DNA of 64,000 bases from Desulfobacterales bacterium (GTDB taxonomy: Bacteria > Desulfobacterota > Desulfobacteria > Desulfobacterales > JAQWFD01), in assembly GCA_028704555.1 (NCBI GenBank), contig JAQWFD010000008.1, positions 14,608 to 78,607 on the forward strand. The letters run 5' to 3'. A program made the position numbers and the translations under genes. The notes beneath the pieces were generated by a model that saw nothing but the letters and a program-made list of their open reading frames with translations, made no database searches and had not been told where the DNA came from. Shown piece by piece: positions 9,803 through 18,050 of the stretch. How positions within the stretch are numbered: position 1 is the first letter of the stretch; the number at the start of each line of letters is the position of its first letter.

Positions 9803-9884
9803 GTTAATAAAATTACGCCAGAGTCGGTGTAAATGATTATCAAAAAATTTTTAACCCTTTAACCGGAAAAAGGAGGCGGCGGCG

Positions 9885-10250
9885 ATGAAAAGCTTTGGTA
9901 AAGCACTCAAAAAAGCAAGAACGGCCAAGAGAGTCACTTTGCGCATCCTTAGTGAGCATGTCGGCAAATCGGTTGGTTATTTATCAGACATCGAAAATAA
10001 CAGAAAAAGGCCTCCGGTGCTGGATATTGTCGAGAAGATGGAGGAATGCTTGGGGGTTTATGATGGAACTTTAGTTGCTTTGGCATCACAGATAAGAAAA
10101 AAAATCCCTAAAGAATGGACTGACCGAATCATGCTGACACCTAAACTGTCTGAAGCGTTACTCAGGGCCGATGAAGATCTTACTGATAAAGAATTTGACG
10201 ACTTGATGAATTATTTCAAAGAGATCAAAAAAAAGAGGGAGGATGGATAA
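9885..10250 (+). CDS. XRE-family helix-turn-helix transcriptional regulator
   Basis: LKKARTAKRVTLRILSEHVGKSVGYLSDIENNRKRP is a canonical Xre HTH. Strong RBS aggagg at 9871-9876. Confidence 0.85.
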   Translation: MKSFGKALKKARTAKRVTLRILSEHVGKSVGYLSDIENNRKRPPVLDIVEKMEECLGVYDGTLVALASQIRKKIPKEWTDRIMLTPKLSEALLRADEDLTDKEFDDLMNYFKEIKKKREDG

Positions 10251-10841
10251 TTGGCACGAAAAATTGTTGCTGCAAATCCCAGAAGCGGCCGCGACATCGA
10301 TGCTTCGGCAAATAGAATTAATATAAATTTCCAGCCTATTACATTAAAACAGCCTGCTCCATTTAATGTAGAATCTTTTTTTGAATTTGATCTCGAAAAC
10401 ATTAGCGGTGTTAAACCGGATTATGGAAATCTTCCTTACGGAATTTATGGCATAACGGATTCCGAAAAGATGACATGCGTAATCTCATCTGAAATGATGG
10501 ATGATCCTTTTCAAATGAAATTTGCTAGGTCAACAATTGCTCATGAGATTGCTCATGTTTTGACACATGTGCCTGAATTCAGAAAAAAAAGAGCCATTTT
10601 AAGATCTATCCACGATAATGATCACATGTCTTTACGTCTGCATAGGGAAGAGAATGTGCCGATTTACAGAAATCCCGAGTGGCAGGCTTGGAGGTACGCT
10701 GGTGCACTTTTGATGCCGGAATCCACTTTTAGAACAGCTGTAAAAGACGGTGCTAATGAAGGGGATCTGTCAGAACTTTTTCAGGTCAATCGTGCTTTTG
10801 TCCGTACAAGGGCGAGGGCTTTAAAAATTAATATTTTATAA
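10251..10841 (+). CDS. ImmA/IrrE-family (COG2856) zinc metallopeptidase
   Basis: HEIAH zinc motif (TIAHEIAHVLTH) with downstream EWQAWRYAGALLMP. A TTG start directly abuts the XRE stop, preceded by RBS gagggagga. Confidence 0.8.
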   Translation: MARKIVAANPRSGRDIDASANRININFQPITLKQPAPFNVESFFEFDLENISGVKPDYGNLPYGIYGITDSEKMTCVISSEMMDDPFQMKFARSTIAHEIAHVLTHVPEFRKKRAILRSIHDNDHMSLRLHREENVPIYRNPEWQAWRYAGALLMPESTFRTAVKDGANEGDLSELFQVNRAFVRTRARALKINIL

Positions 10842-10842
10842 G

Positions 10843-10889
10843 AAAAAAGGGAGCTTAGCAGTTACAGCTGCAAACAAGCTCCCTTTTTT
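10843..10889 (+). terminator. Rho-independent terminator of the XRE-ImmA operon
   Basis: aaaaaagggagctt ... aagctccctttttt: a 14-nt complementary pair that includes the flanking A and T runs. Confidence 0.75.
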
Positions 10890-11062
10890 GAAAATCACAG
10901 CAAACCAATTTTCATTCGGTATATGGGACACGATAGAAAATGGTAAATTCTTCAGCAGCTGGGCTGAGAACGGATTGCTGCACATTTTGTATAGGCATCG
11001 AAATAGTTGCATTGTGTGCCCGAGGTTGTCAAGAAAAATAGTTCCCTGATTGCGAGGTGCTT

Positions 11063-11194
11063 ATGGCGAAAAATGCCAAACGCAGAATCGTTGGGTGGAT
11101 CTTCCGCGCCTGGATTACCAGGAAAGACGGAACCCGTGATTGGGCTCGTGACCATGGCCGCAAGGCTTGGCGCATCCCAGTATATGGGGATTAA
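11063..11194 (+). CDS. Tiny basic Trp/Arg-rich protein (43 aa), not in the ORF track
   Basis: MAKNAKRRIVGWIFRAWITRKDGTRDWARDHGRKAWRIPVYGD. RBS gaggtg lies 5 nt before the ATG. It is embedded antisense to, or out of frame with, two tracked ORFs that look spurious. Confidence 0.4.
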   Translation: MAKNAKRRIVGWIFRAWITRKDGTRDWARDHGRKAWRIPVYGD

Positions 11195-11301
11195 CCTACG
11201 ATAGAATTGTTTAAGCAACCGGGGTGTCCCCTCTCCTGCGAACAGAACGAGGGGTTTTAATTTATTTTATTAACCTTTTCTTGACAAAGGAAACAATTAT
11301 T

Positions 11302-11478
11302 ATGGCAAAAAAAAGTTTCAAACCAGGGCAAAAAGCACCGCGTTCAGGTCAGTATGGCATTATCGGACCCCGTGGCGGAGACACAGGCAAAGAGAGAACT
11401 GTCACAAAAAATGAACCATTACCGCCTCCGCCTAAGAAAGGCCAGCGATACATCCTGAATGACCCAACAAGACACTAA
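11302..11478 (+). CDS. YjzC-like small protein (58 aa)
   Basis: MAKKSFKPGQKAPRSGQYGIIGPRGGDTGKERTVTKNEPLPPPPKKGQRYIL resembles the YjzC-type motif F(K/R)PGxKAPxxGxY, from memory. RBS aagga is present. The tracked ORF start at 11224 is probably too far upstream. Confidence 0.55.
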   Translation: MAKKSFKPGQKAPRSGQYGIIGPRGGDTGKERTVTKNEPLPPPPKKGQRYILNDPTRH

Positions 11479-11491
11479 CCATTTACAAAAA

Positions 11492-11516
11492 CCCTGCCTG
11501 CATAAGTCAGGCAGGG
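11492..11516. terminator. 9-bp GC-rich hairpin after the yjzC-like gene
   Basis: ccctgcctg, 7-nt loop, caggcaggg. The A-run lies on the upstream side, so the U-tract would fall on the minus-strand transcript. Confidence 0.3.
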
Positions 11517-12268
11517 ATACTATGTCAAAAATTGCATATCACAGCCCACATTTAAACAATTTTCCCAGTCACGCCAAAGCATCAAAAGAGCTAATTGGAG
11601 TCGGGGCGTAAGAGGGGACGTTCGTGCAGAAAGTGCTTTGTGTAAATTGGGGCGGTGTTATATTTAAGCGTTTTTTTGTTTTTATCCCATTTTTCTAAAT
11701 CCATACCTAAAAATTCCCGAATGCAGATACCTGCTATGTACTACAGGTTTCAAATTATCCAAAATATTGCGGTATTAATTTTATATCTGTCATCTTTCCG
11801 GAATCTATTCAATTATGATCACTGGCAATTTAAATAGATTCAATAAGGCACCTAAAATTTACGATTATGTAAAAAGAATTATCCTATCAGTTCTAAATAG
11901 CCGGTACAAACATAACAAATCCTAACCCGCTTAAAAATGAAGCCGTCAGCGTGTTACGACAGAGATTTTATGTCATGATCTATACTATCGTATATCCTTT
12001 AAATAAAACCCGATATCGGCCATGTGGTGGGCTTTATGGGCAGATGTCGCAACGCGTAGGGGTAACGGGCTTTTTTTGACAATTTAGGTGAATTTTACCC
12101 GGATGATTGCGAGGGAGAAGACGAATAACACGCGCACTTGCCGTATATCGGACGATCTTATTTGAACACATGCTACGGCATGGATAAAATCACAAGCTTT
12201 GCTCAGGATAGACCGGGTAGCCGAAAAATAGGGATCCCTGCCCGGCTTCCTGGGCAAATAAAAACATT

Positions 12269-12310
12269 GAGAGTGGTATCGGCGGACATGTCGGGCCACT
12301 CTTTTTTTTA
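12269..12310 (+). terminator. Orphan rho-independent terminator on the + strand
   Basis: (g)agagtgg ... ccactct followed by T8 (12302-12309). No credible + strand CDS lies upstream. Confidence 0.55.
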
Positions 12311-12362
12311 TGTGGGGTTTACCCTGTTTTTGAGTCTGCATGGTGGGTATGATGGTGGGTAC

Positions 12363-12399
12363 TAAAAAAGGGTTTAGAGACGAAAATCTCTAAACCCTT
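12363..12399 (-). terminator. Rho-independent terminator of tRNA-Asn
   Basis: On the minus strand: aagggtttagaga, 6-nt loop, tctctaaaccctt, then tttttt. Confidence 0.8.
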
Positions 12400-12407
12400 A
12401 TGTTTAC

Positions 12408-12483
12408 TGGCTCCCCAGCACGGACTCGAACCGCGGACTTAGTGGTTAACAGCCACTCGCTCTGCCAACTGAGCTACTGGGGA
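12408..12483 (-). tRNA. tRNA-Asn (anticodon GTT), CCA encoded
   Basis: The reverse complement reads TCCCCAGTAGCTCAGTTGGCAGAGCGAGTGGCTGTTAACCACTAAGTCCGCGGTTCGAGTCCGTGCTGGGGAGCCA. This gives a 7-bp acceptor stem, anticodon loop CTGTTAA, T-loop TTCGAGT, 76 nt in total. Confidence 0.95.
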
Positions 12484-12560
12484 ATGCTCGTTGAATGAAC
12501 TTTTACTATTTACCCATTCCCTCCGGAAAAGTCAACTTATTTTTTAGATAATTTTTCAAT

Positions 12561-14378
12561 TTACTCACCGGACTCCGGTGAGGCGTTATCCTTTTTGCAT
12601 TTCTGAATTTTCAGACAAAGGTCATCGAGCTGGTCCGGGCTGACGATCGATGGCGCATTGGTCAACGGACATGAGGCCGATACGGTTTTCGGGAAAGCCA
12701 TGACATCTCGAATTGACGATTCGGCACACAGAATCATTACCAGCCGGTCTAAACCAAAGGCTATACCGCCATGAGGGGGGGCTCCGGAATCCAGGGCTGA
12801 CAGCAGAAAACCAAATTTTTCCTGATACTCGTCCGGGGTCATGCCCAGGGCGTTGAAAATCTTTTTCTGCACCTCGATCTGATGAACCCGGATACTGCCG
12901 CCGCCGATTTCTGACCCGTTAAGCACCAGGTCATAAGCGCGTGACCGGACCGAAAGCGGATCGGTTTCAAACAGATCGTAATCTTCCTCGAGCGGTGCGG
13001 TAAAAGGATGGTGCAGCGCGACGTAGCGTTTTTCTTCCTCATCATAGTCCAGCAGCGGAAAATGGGTCACCCATACAAAACTGAACGCTTTCTCATCGAT
13101 CAGCCCCAGCTTTTTTCCGAGATGGTTTCGAAGCTGCCCCAGGGCATCATTAACGATTCTGGGCTGATCTGCCACGATGAGAAGCAGATCACCGGTTTCC
13201 GCCTCCAGGCGCTGCTCGATCGTCTTTTTTTCCCCGTCCGTAAAAAATTTGGCAACAGGTGACTGCCACTGGCCTTCTTTGACCTTAATCCAGGCAAGCC
13301 CCTTTGCCTTGTAGATCTCAACGAATTTGCCCAGCTCATCGATGTCTTTTCTCGAAAAATCAATACAGCCTTTTGCGTTGATCGCCTTGACAACACCGCC
13401 GCTTTGTACGGCACCGGAAAACACCTTGAAACCGCAATCTGCTGCGATATCGGAAAGATCTTTCAGCTCCAGGCCAAAGCGCGTATCCGGCCGGTCAATT
13501 CCAAAACGCGACATGGCTTCCTGATACGTCAGCCGCGGACAGGGCAAACCGACACTGACACCAAGAACTTCACGGAAAACCGTCTTTACCATTTCTTCGG
13601 AAACCGCCATGACATCCTCTTCACCCACGAAGGACATCTCCATATCGATCTGGGTAAATTCCGGTTGACGGTCAGCTCTCAAGTCCTCATCTCTGAAGCA
13701 TTTAACAATCTGAAAATATTTATCAAAACCGGCAACCATCAAAAGCTGTTTGAACAGCTGCGGCGACTGTGGCAGGGCATAAAAATGGCCCGGATTCACT
13801 CGACTGGGAACCAGATAATCTCTGGCACCCTCCGGCGTACTCCGGGTGAGCATCGGCGTTTCCACCTCCAGGAAACCACGGCTGTCGAGAAATTGACGCA
13901 CAGAAAATGCCGCCTTGTGCCTCAGGACGAGATTTCTTTGAAGCCGGGGGCGACGCAGATCCAGGTGCCGGTATTTCAGACGAACGGTTTCCGATACTGC
14001 GTCGGTTGACTCATCGATCAAAAACGGCGGCGTCTGCGCCCGGTTCAATATTCGAAGCGCCAGAGAGGTCACTTCAATTCCGCCGGTCAACATATTCGCA
14101 TTTTCCATGCCTTCCGGACGCCTGCCCACGGTCCCCGTCACGGCGATCACATCCTCATGACGGATGCTGTGAGCCTTTTCATGCAGGGCCGAATCGGTTT
14201 CCGGATTGAACACGACCTGGGTAATGCCTTCCCGATCTCTCAAATCAACGAATATCAGGCTGCCAAGATCCCGGCGACGCTGGACCCACCCCATGAGCAC
14301 AACCGCCTGACCCTCGTTATCGACCGTCAATTGGCCGCAGTGATGGGTTCGCCTCAAATCTCCAAGTTTATCTATCAA
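12561..14378 (-). CDS. aspS: Aspartyl-tRNA synthetase
   Basis: 605 aa, bacterial-type AspRS. Contains FQIVKCFRDEDLRADRQPEFTQIDMEMSF and a class II motif 3 region. Confidence 0.95.
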   Translation of the reverse strand: MIDKLGDLRRTHHCGQLTVDNEGQAVVLMGWVQRRRDLGSLIFVDLRDREGITQVVFNPETDSALHEKAHSIRHEDVIAVTGTVGRRPEGMENANMLTGGIEVTSLALRILNRAQTPPFLIDESTDAVSETVRLKYRHLDLRRPRLQRNLVLRHKAAFSVRQFLDSRGFLEVETPMLTRSTPEGARDYLVPSRVNPGHFYALPQSPQLFKQLLMVAGFDKYFQIVKCFRDEDLRADRQPEFTQIDMEMSFVGEEDVMAVSEEMVKTVFREVLGVSVGLPCPRLTYQEAMSRFGIDRPDTRFGLELKDLSDIAADCGFKVFSGAVQSGGVVKAINAKGCIDFSRKDIDELGKFVEIYKAKGLAWIKVKEGQWQSPVAKFFTDGEKKTIEQRLEAETGDLLLIVADQPRIVNDALGQLRNHLGKKLGLIDEKAFSFVWVTHFPLLDYDEEEKRYVALHHPFTAPLEEDYDLFETDPLSVRSRAYDLVLNGSEIGGGSIRVHQIEVQKKIFNALGMTPDEYQEKFGFLLSALDSGAPPHGGIAFGLDRLVMILCAESSIRDVMAFPKTVSASCPLTNAPSIVSPDQLDDLCLKIQKCKKDNASPESGE

Positions 14379-14470
14379 TGGAACGACTCCTTTCCAACTG
14401 AGTTATTCACCATATAATCATTATCTGCAATCATACCGCACCCCCACCAAAAGGGAAAGCGACACGATGG

Positions 14471-15727
14471 TCATTGTAAAATCATTGATTTAACGGTTTC
14501 GACCACGCAATCAACCGGAACCGCCACCTGCTCTTTGGTGGCCATATTCCGAAGAACAAGCGCGCCTTGTTCCAGCTCCTGTTCGCCGGCGATCAACACG
14601 TAACGGGATTTGAGCCTGCTCGCCCGTTTCATAAGCCCCTTGAGTCCGCGACCACTGAAATCCATCTCGGTGGAAATGCCTTCCATACTCAGCGCACAAT
14701 GCCATTCAAAGGCCCTGGCCTGACTATCCTTTCCCAATGCCGCAATAAATACCTCGGGACCTTTTGAAAAATCACGGCCCGACAGGGCAACGATTTCCGC
14801 CAGCCGGTCAAAACCGATGGCAAATCCAATGGCAGGCGTATCCGGTCCGCCCAGTGTTTTGACCAGACTGTCATAGCGCCCTCCGCCGGCAATGGCGTTC
14901 TGGGCACCCAGTGCACCGGTCTGAATTTCAAAGGCCGTCCGGGTATAGTAATCCAGGCCCCTGACCAGGCGCTTATCCCGCACATAGGGCACGTTCATCG
15001 TGTCCAGCAGACGCGTGACGGTTTCAAAATGCTCGCGGCACTCCGGACACAGAAAATCAATTACGGACGGCGCCTCCGCGATGGCATCCCGGCATGTGGG
15101 CACTTTACAATCCAGTACCCTTAACGGATTTCGCGTGCTTCGCCGGACGCAGTCCTCACACAGTTGCGGTTCAACCTGTTTCAACAGGCCGGAGAGCGCC
15201 TCCCGGAATTTCGGACGGCATTCCGGACAGCCCAGCGAATTGATGTGCACCGTGGCATCGGTCACGGACAATTTGATAAACAGTGACACCAGCATAAAAA
15301 TCAACTGGGCATCCGCCAGAGGGGATTGGGAGCCGAAAATTTCCGCATCGATCTGATAAAACTGCCGGTATCTTCCCTTCTGGGGCCGTTCCCTTCGAAA
15401 CATCGGACCGATCGTATACAGCTTCTGTACTGGATCCGTCGTGTACAGTTTCTGCTGAATATAGGAGCGCACGACAGAGGCCGTGGCCTCGGGCCGAAGG
15501 GTGATGAATTCGCCTTTCCGGTCAGGAAAGGTATACATCTCCTTTTCCACGATATCGGTATCTTCCCCGATACTCCGGGAAAACAGTTCGGTCCGTTCCA
15601 TAATGGGAACCCGGATTTCCCTGAAGCCAAAATTTTCAAAAAGGTCTATGGCAGTTCGTTCTATATACTGCCAGAGCTCCACTTCACCCGGCAATATGTC
15701 TTTAAATCCTCTGATCAGATGAATCAT
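14471..15727 (-). CDS. hisS: Histidyl-tRNA synthetase
   Basis: 418 aa. RGFKDILPGE, FRRERPQKGRYRQFYQ and AGGGRYDSL motifs. Confidence 0.95.
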   Translation of the reverse strand: MIHLIRGFKDILPGEVELWQYIERTAIDLFENFGFREIRVPIMERTELFSRSIGEDTDIVEKEMYTFPDRKGEFITLRPEATASVVRSYIQQKLYTTDPVQKLYTIGPMFRRERPQKGRYRQFYQIDAEIFGSQSPLADAQLIFMLVSLFIKLSVTDATVHINSLGCPECRPKFREALSGLLKQVEPQLCEDCVRRSTRNPLRVLDCKVPTCRDAIAEAPSVIDFLCPECREHFETVTRLLDTMNVPYVRDKRLVRGLDYYTRTAFEIQTGALGAQNAIAGGGRYDSLVKTLGGPDTPAIGFAIGFDRLAEIVALSGRDFSKGPEVFIAALGKDSQARAFEWHCALSMEGISTEMDFSGRGLKGLMKRASRLKSRYVLIAGEQELEQGALVLRNMATKEQVAVPVDCVVETVKSMILQ

Positions 15728-15794
15728 CTTTGCGTCAGTTTCCTCTCATATCGTCACGTGTTCAATCAATTCGTTGAGATCTCACGAGCTGCTG

Positions 15795-15830
15795 TAAAAA
15801 AATCAAACGGTTCCTGTTTAAAACAGCCGT
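15795..15830 (-). promoter_or_regulatory. Terminator-like hairpin inside the hisS leader (possible attenuator)
   Basis: On the minus strand: acgg-ctgtt/ttaa/aacag-(gaa)-ccgt, followed by ttgattttttt, about 70-100 nt upstream of the hisS ATG. Confidence 0.3.
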
Positions 15831-15920
15831 ATTTCCATAAACATTTTATAATATCCGATATTTTCTATTAGTCAACGGATTTTAGAACACCGCCAATAAA
15901 TTGAGACATGGCTGCCATAG

Positions 15921-15954
15921 AAATACAAAATCCGGGCCCCTGAGGACCCGGATT
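15921..15954 (-). terminator. Terminator after the CoA-transferase operon
   Basis: aatccggg..cccggatt stem. The minus-strand transcript continues into ttttgtattt. Confidence 0.5.
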
Positions 15955-15998
15955 CTGGAATGTATTTAATATCGGGGGATCCCCCCCTGCAAATCAGA

Positions 15999-16781
15999 TT
16001 ACTTCAGCTGTCTGGCCAGAAAATATCCGTCCGGATCGCATTTTTCCCGAAGCAGTTTCAGATCGTCTGCCGTCGGCTCGACCATTTCTTTCAGGTCCGG
16101 AGAAATGATCAGTTCAAAACTGACCTTGTCCTGGATATACTGTGCGGTTTTACCCGGAATCACTTCCAGAAGCACCATGCGCTTTGTTTTTTCATCAAAC
16201 CCGAACAATGCTTCGTTGGTAATGACACGGTAGGGACCGGCGCCCATCACACCCGCGTTTTCCCTGTAATCCGGAGAGCCGTCACCGTAACCGATACTAG
16301 TAATATAGTCCAGTTTATTGACAAACCGTCGAGGTTCAAGCGCCATGATGGCGATGGTTCTTTCGCAGTTGGCTGCCATGGCACCTGCGCCGCCGCTGCC
16401 AGGGAACCGGGTCACAGCTTCGGTATAGGTTCCGCCTTCGAACGTGGAGTTGATGTTGCCGTACTTATCGATCTGAGCGCCGCCGATAAATGCAAAATCC
16501 GAATGTCCTCTCTGGGTCAATTCAAATACGGCGTTCAATCCTTTCAGATAACAGGCTTTGCGGCAGGCACGGGTATCACCGACGGATAGCGGCATCCCCA
16601 TTTCAAGAACCGGTGCCAGGGGGCCGGCTTCAAAAATCAACCCGAGACCCGGTGCATGGGTCAGCTGTGCATGCATGGACGCGATTATCGGAAGACCGGT
16701 TCCGACAAACACGATCTTGTTATCTTCCAAAACTCTGGAACCTGTATATGCGATCATTTCAAATGGTGTATATTCAGCCAT
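15999..16781 (-). CDS. CoA-transferase subunit B (glutaconate/3-oxoacid CoA-transferase family)
   Basis: 260 aa. GctB-like N-terminus with the candidate catalytic-Glu context IFEAGPL. FPGSGGAG motif. Confidence 0.75.
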   Translation of the reverse strand: MAEYTPFEMIAYTGSRVLEDNKIVFVGTGLPIIASMHAQLTHAPGLGLIFEAGPLAPVLEMGMPLSVGDTRACRKACYLKGLNAVFELTQRGHSDFAFIGGAQIDKYGNINSTFEGGTYTEAVTRFPGSGGAGAMAANCERTIAIMALEPRRFVNKLDYITSIGYGDGSPDYRENAGVMGAGPYRVITNEALFGFDEKTKRMVLLEVIPGKTAQYIQDKVSFELIISPDLKEMVEPTADDLKLLREKCDPDGYFLARQLK

Positions 16782-16961
16782 TGTATAACCTCCTTGCTTT
16801 TTTTTAACAAGTATCCATCCATAAATGTCTGTTTTTTCATGCGTGTCAGACTCAGACGTTAACCATAAAAATCTTCAATTCATTCAATATGTTAAAGTCA
16901 TCGCCTTCCTTGAACTTGAAAAGACTATCCTATTTCAGGATGAATGCTATCAAATGGATCA

Positions 16962-18050
16962 TTACCCAACGATGATGGGCTGCCCGCCGTCCAAATCTCT
17001 CAGTTTCTTAAGCGTTTTATATGGAATTTTGCTCAGGAAATCGTCAAATGTTTCACATCCAAAGATATATTCATCATAGTATTTCTTCAGTTCATCGGTT
17101 TTACCGGTTTTACGGAAATTATCAGAGGCTTTTCTGAACATCAGGATATGCTCCATATCAAACCAGTAATGCCCGTAATGGACTCCAGGATAGGATCCAA
17201 AACGCTGCTCAACCACTGCATCCACTGCGGAATAGGGAATCTCTGTCAGATTCGGATAGGTTCGAATAATCTCATTGGAAATGATCTGCTCGGTACTGAC
17301 GATACAATGACCGCCGGCGAGTGCCAGTTCCGGGCAGGTACAGGTTGCGCCAAAAATACGACTGTTTCCGAATTTATCCGCAGCCGTGACATGAACAAGC
17401 GCAAGATCCGGATAGCTTGCCGCTACCAGGTAGGTATTTTTCCCGGTAAACGGGCTCTTTACCATCATCCCGCGGTTGGTCAGCTCCATATCGGCGCCAC
17501 CGTGGTCCCGAACCTGCATGAATTCAATACCCATGGATGCAGCTTTGAATCGGGCCGCCATGCCCAGGTTGGTATAATCATCCATCAGAATCATGCCTTT
17601 GGAATTGAGATATCTCAGCAGCGGTGCAATACCGATGACTTCATATCCCCACCAGGCCAGTTCAACGCGTTTGACGGATATATGTTCAGGATACAGAAGC
17701 ATGGCGCCGGCAAGCAGTTCAGGACAGATTGAATTAGACTGGAATGAAAGGGTCAGGTCTTTTGCGCCGTGGCGGATAATTTCATGAATAGCTGCGACGG
17801 GAGGTCTGGTATTGACAAAGCCGCCGATACCGATATTCATGCCATCTTTTACATATCGATCAACGGCCTCTTTCATGGTAGAGGTCTTATCTCTCAAACT
17901 TTTTGGCTTGTTGACCATGATTTTTCTGGCCTCTTCCGGTGAAAGCCCCCACCATTCAAATTTTTCCGCACCCCCAGCTGATTTTGCAATGACTTCTGGT
18001 TGCAGACTGGAAGCATTTCTGATTGCCGAACACGTTTCATTTGGTTTCAT
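16962..18050 (-). CDS. CoA-transferase subunit A (GctA-like) with about 55-aa N-terminal extension
   Basis: MKEAVDRYVKDGMNIGIGGF... is typical of the A subunit. ATG 18050 has a strong RBS (ggagg). There is a 180-bp gap to subunit B. Confidence 0.75.
   Translation of the reverse strand: MKPNETCSAIRNASSLQPEVIAKSAGGAEKFEWWGLSPEEARKIMVNKPKSLRDKTSTMKEAVDRYVKDGMNIGIGGFVNTRPPVAAIHEIIRHGAKDLTLSFQSNSICPELLAGAMLLYPEHISVKRVELAWWGYEVIGIAPLLRYLNSKGMILMDDYTNLGMAARFKAASMGIEFMQVRDHGGADMELTNRGMMVKSPFTGKNTYLVAASYPDLALVHVTAADKFGNSRIFGATCTCPELALAGGHCIVSTEQIISNEIIRTYPNLTEIPYSAVDAVVEQRFGSYPGVHYGHYWFDMEHILMFRKASDNFRKTGKTDELKKYYDEYIFGCETFDDFLSKIPYKTLKKLRDLDGGQPIIVG

Noticed and set aside
12300-12483. Direct repeat of the tRNA-Asn 3' end (att site) elsewhere in the island
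   Set aside because: I scanned 940-1210, 8690-9880 and 11480-12360 by eye for ccccagcacggactcgaacc-like strings and found none. An att site cannot be claimed from this window.
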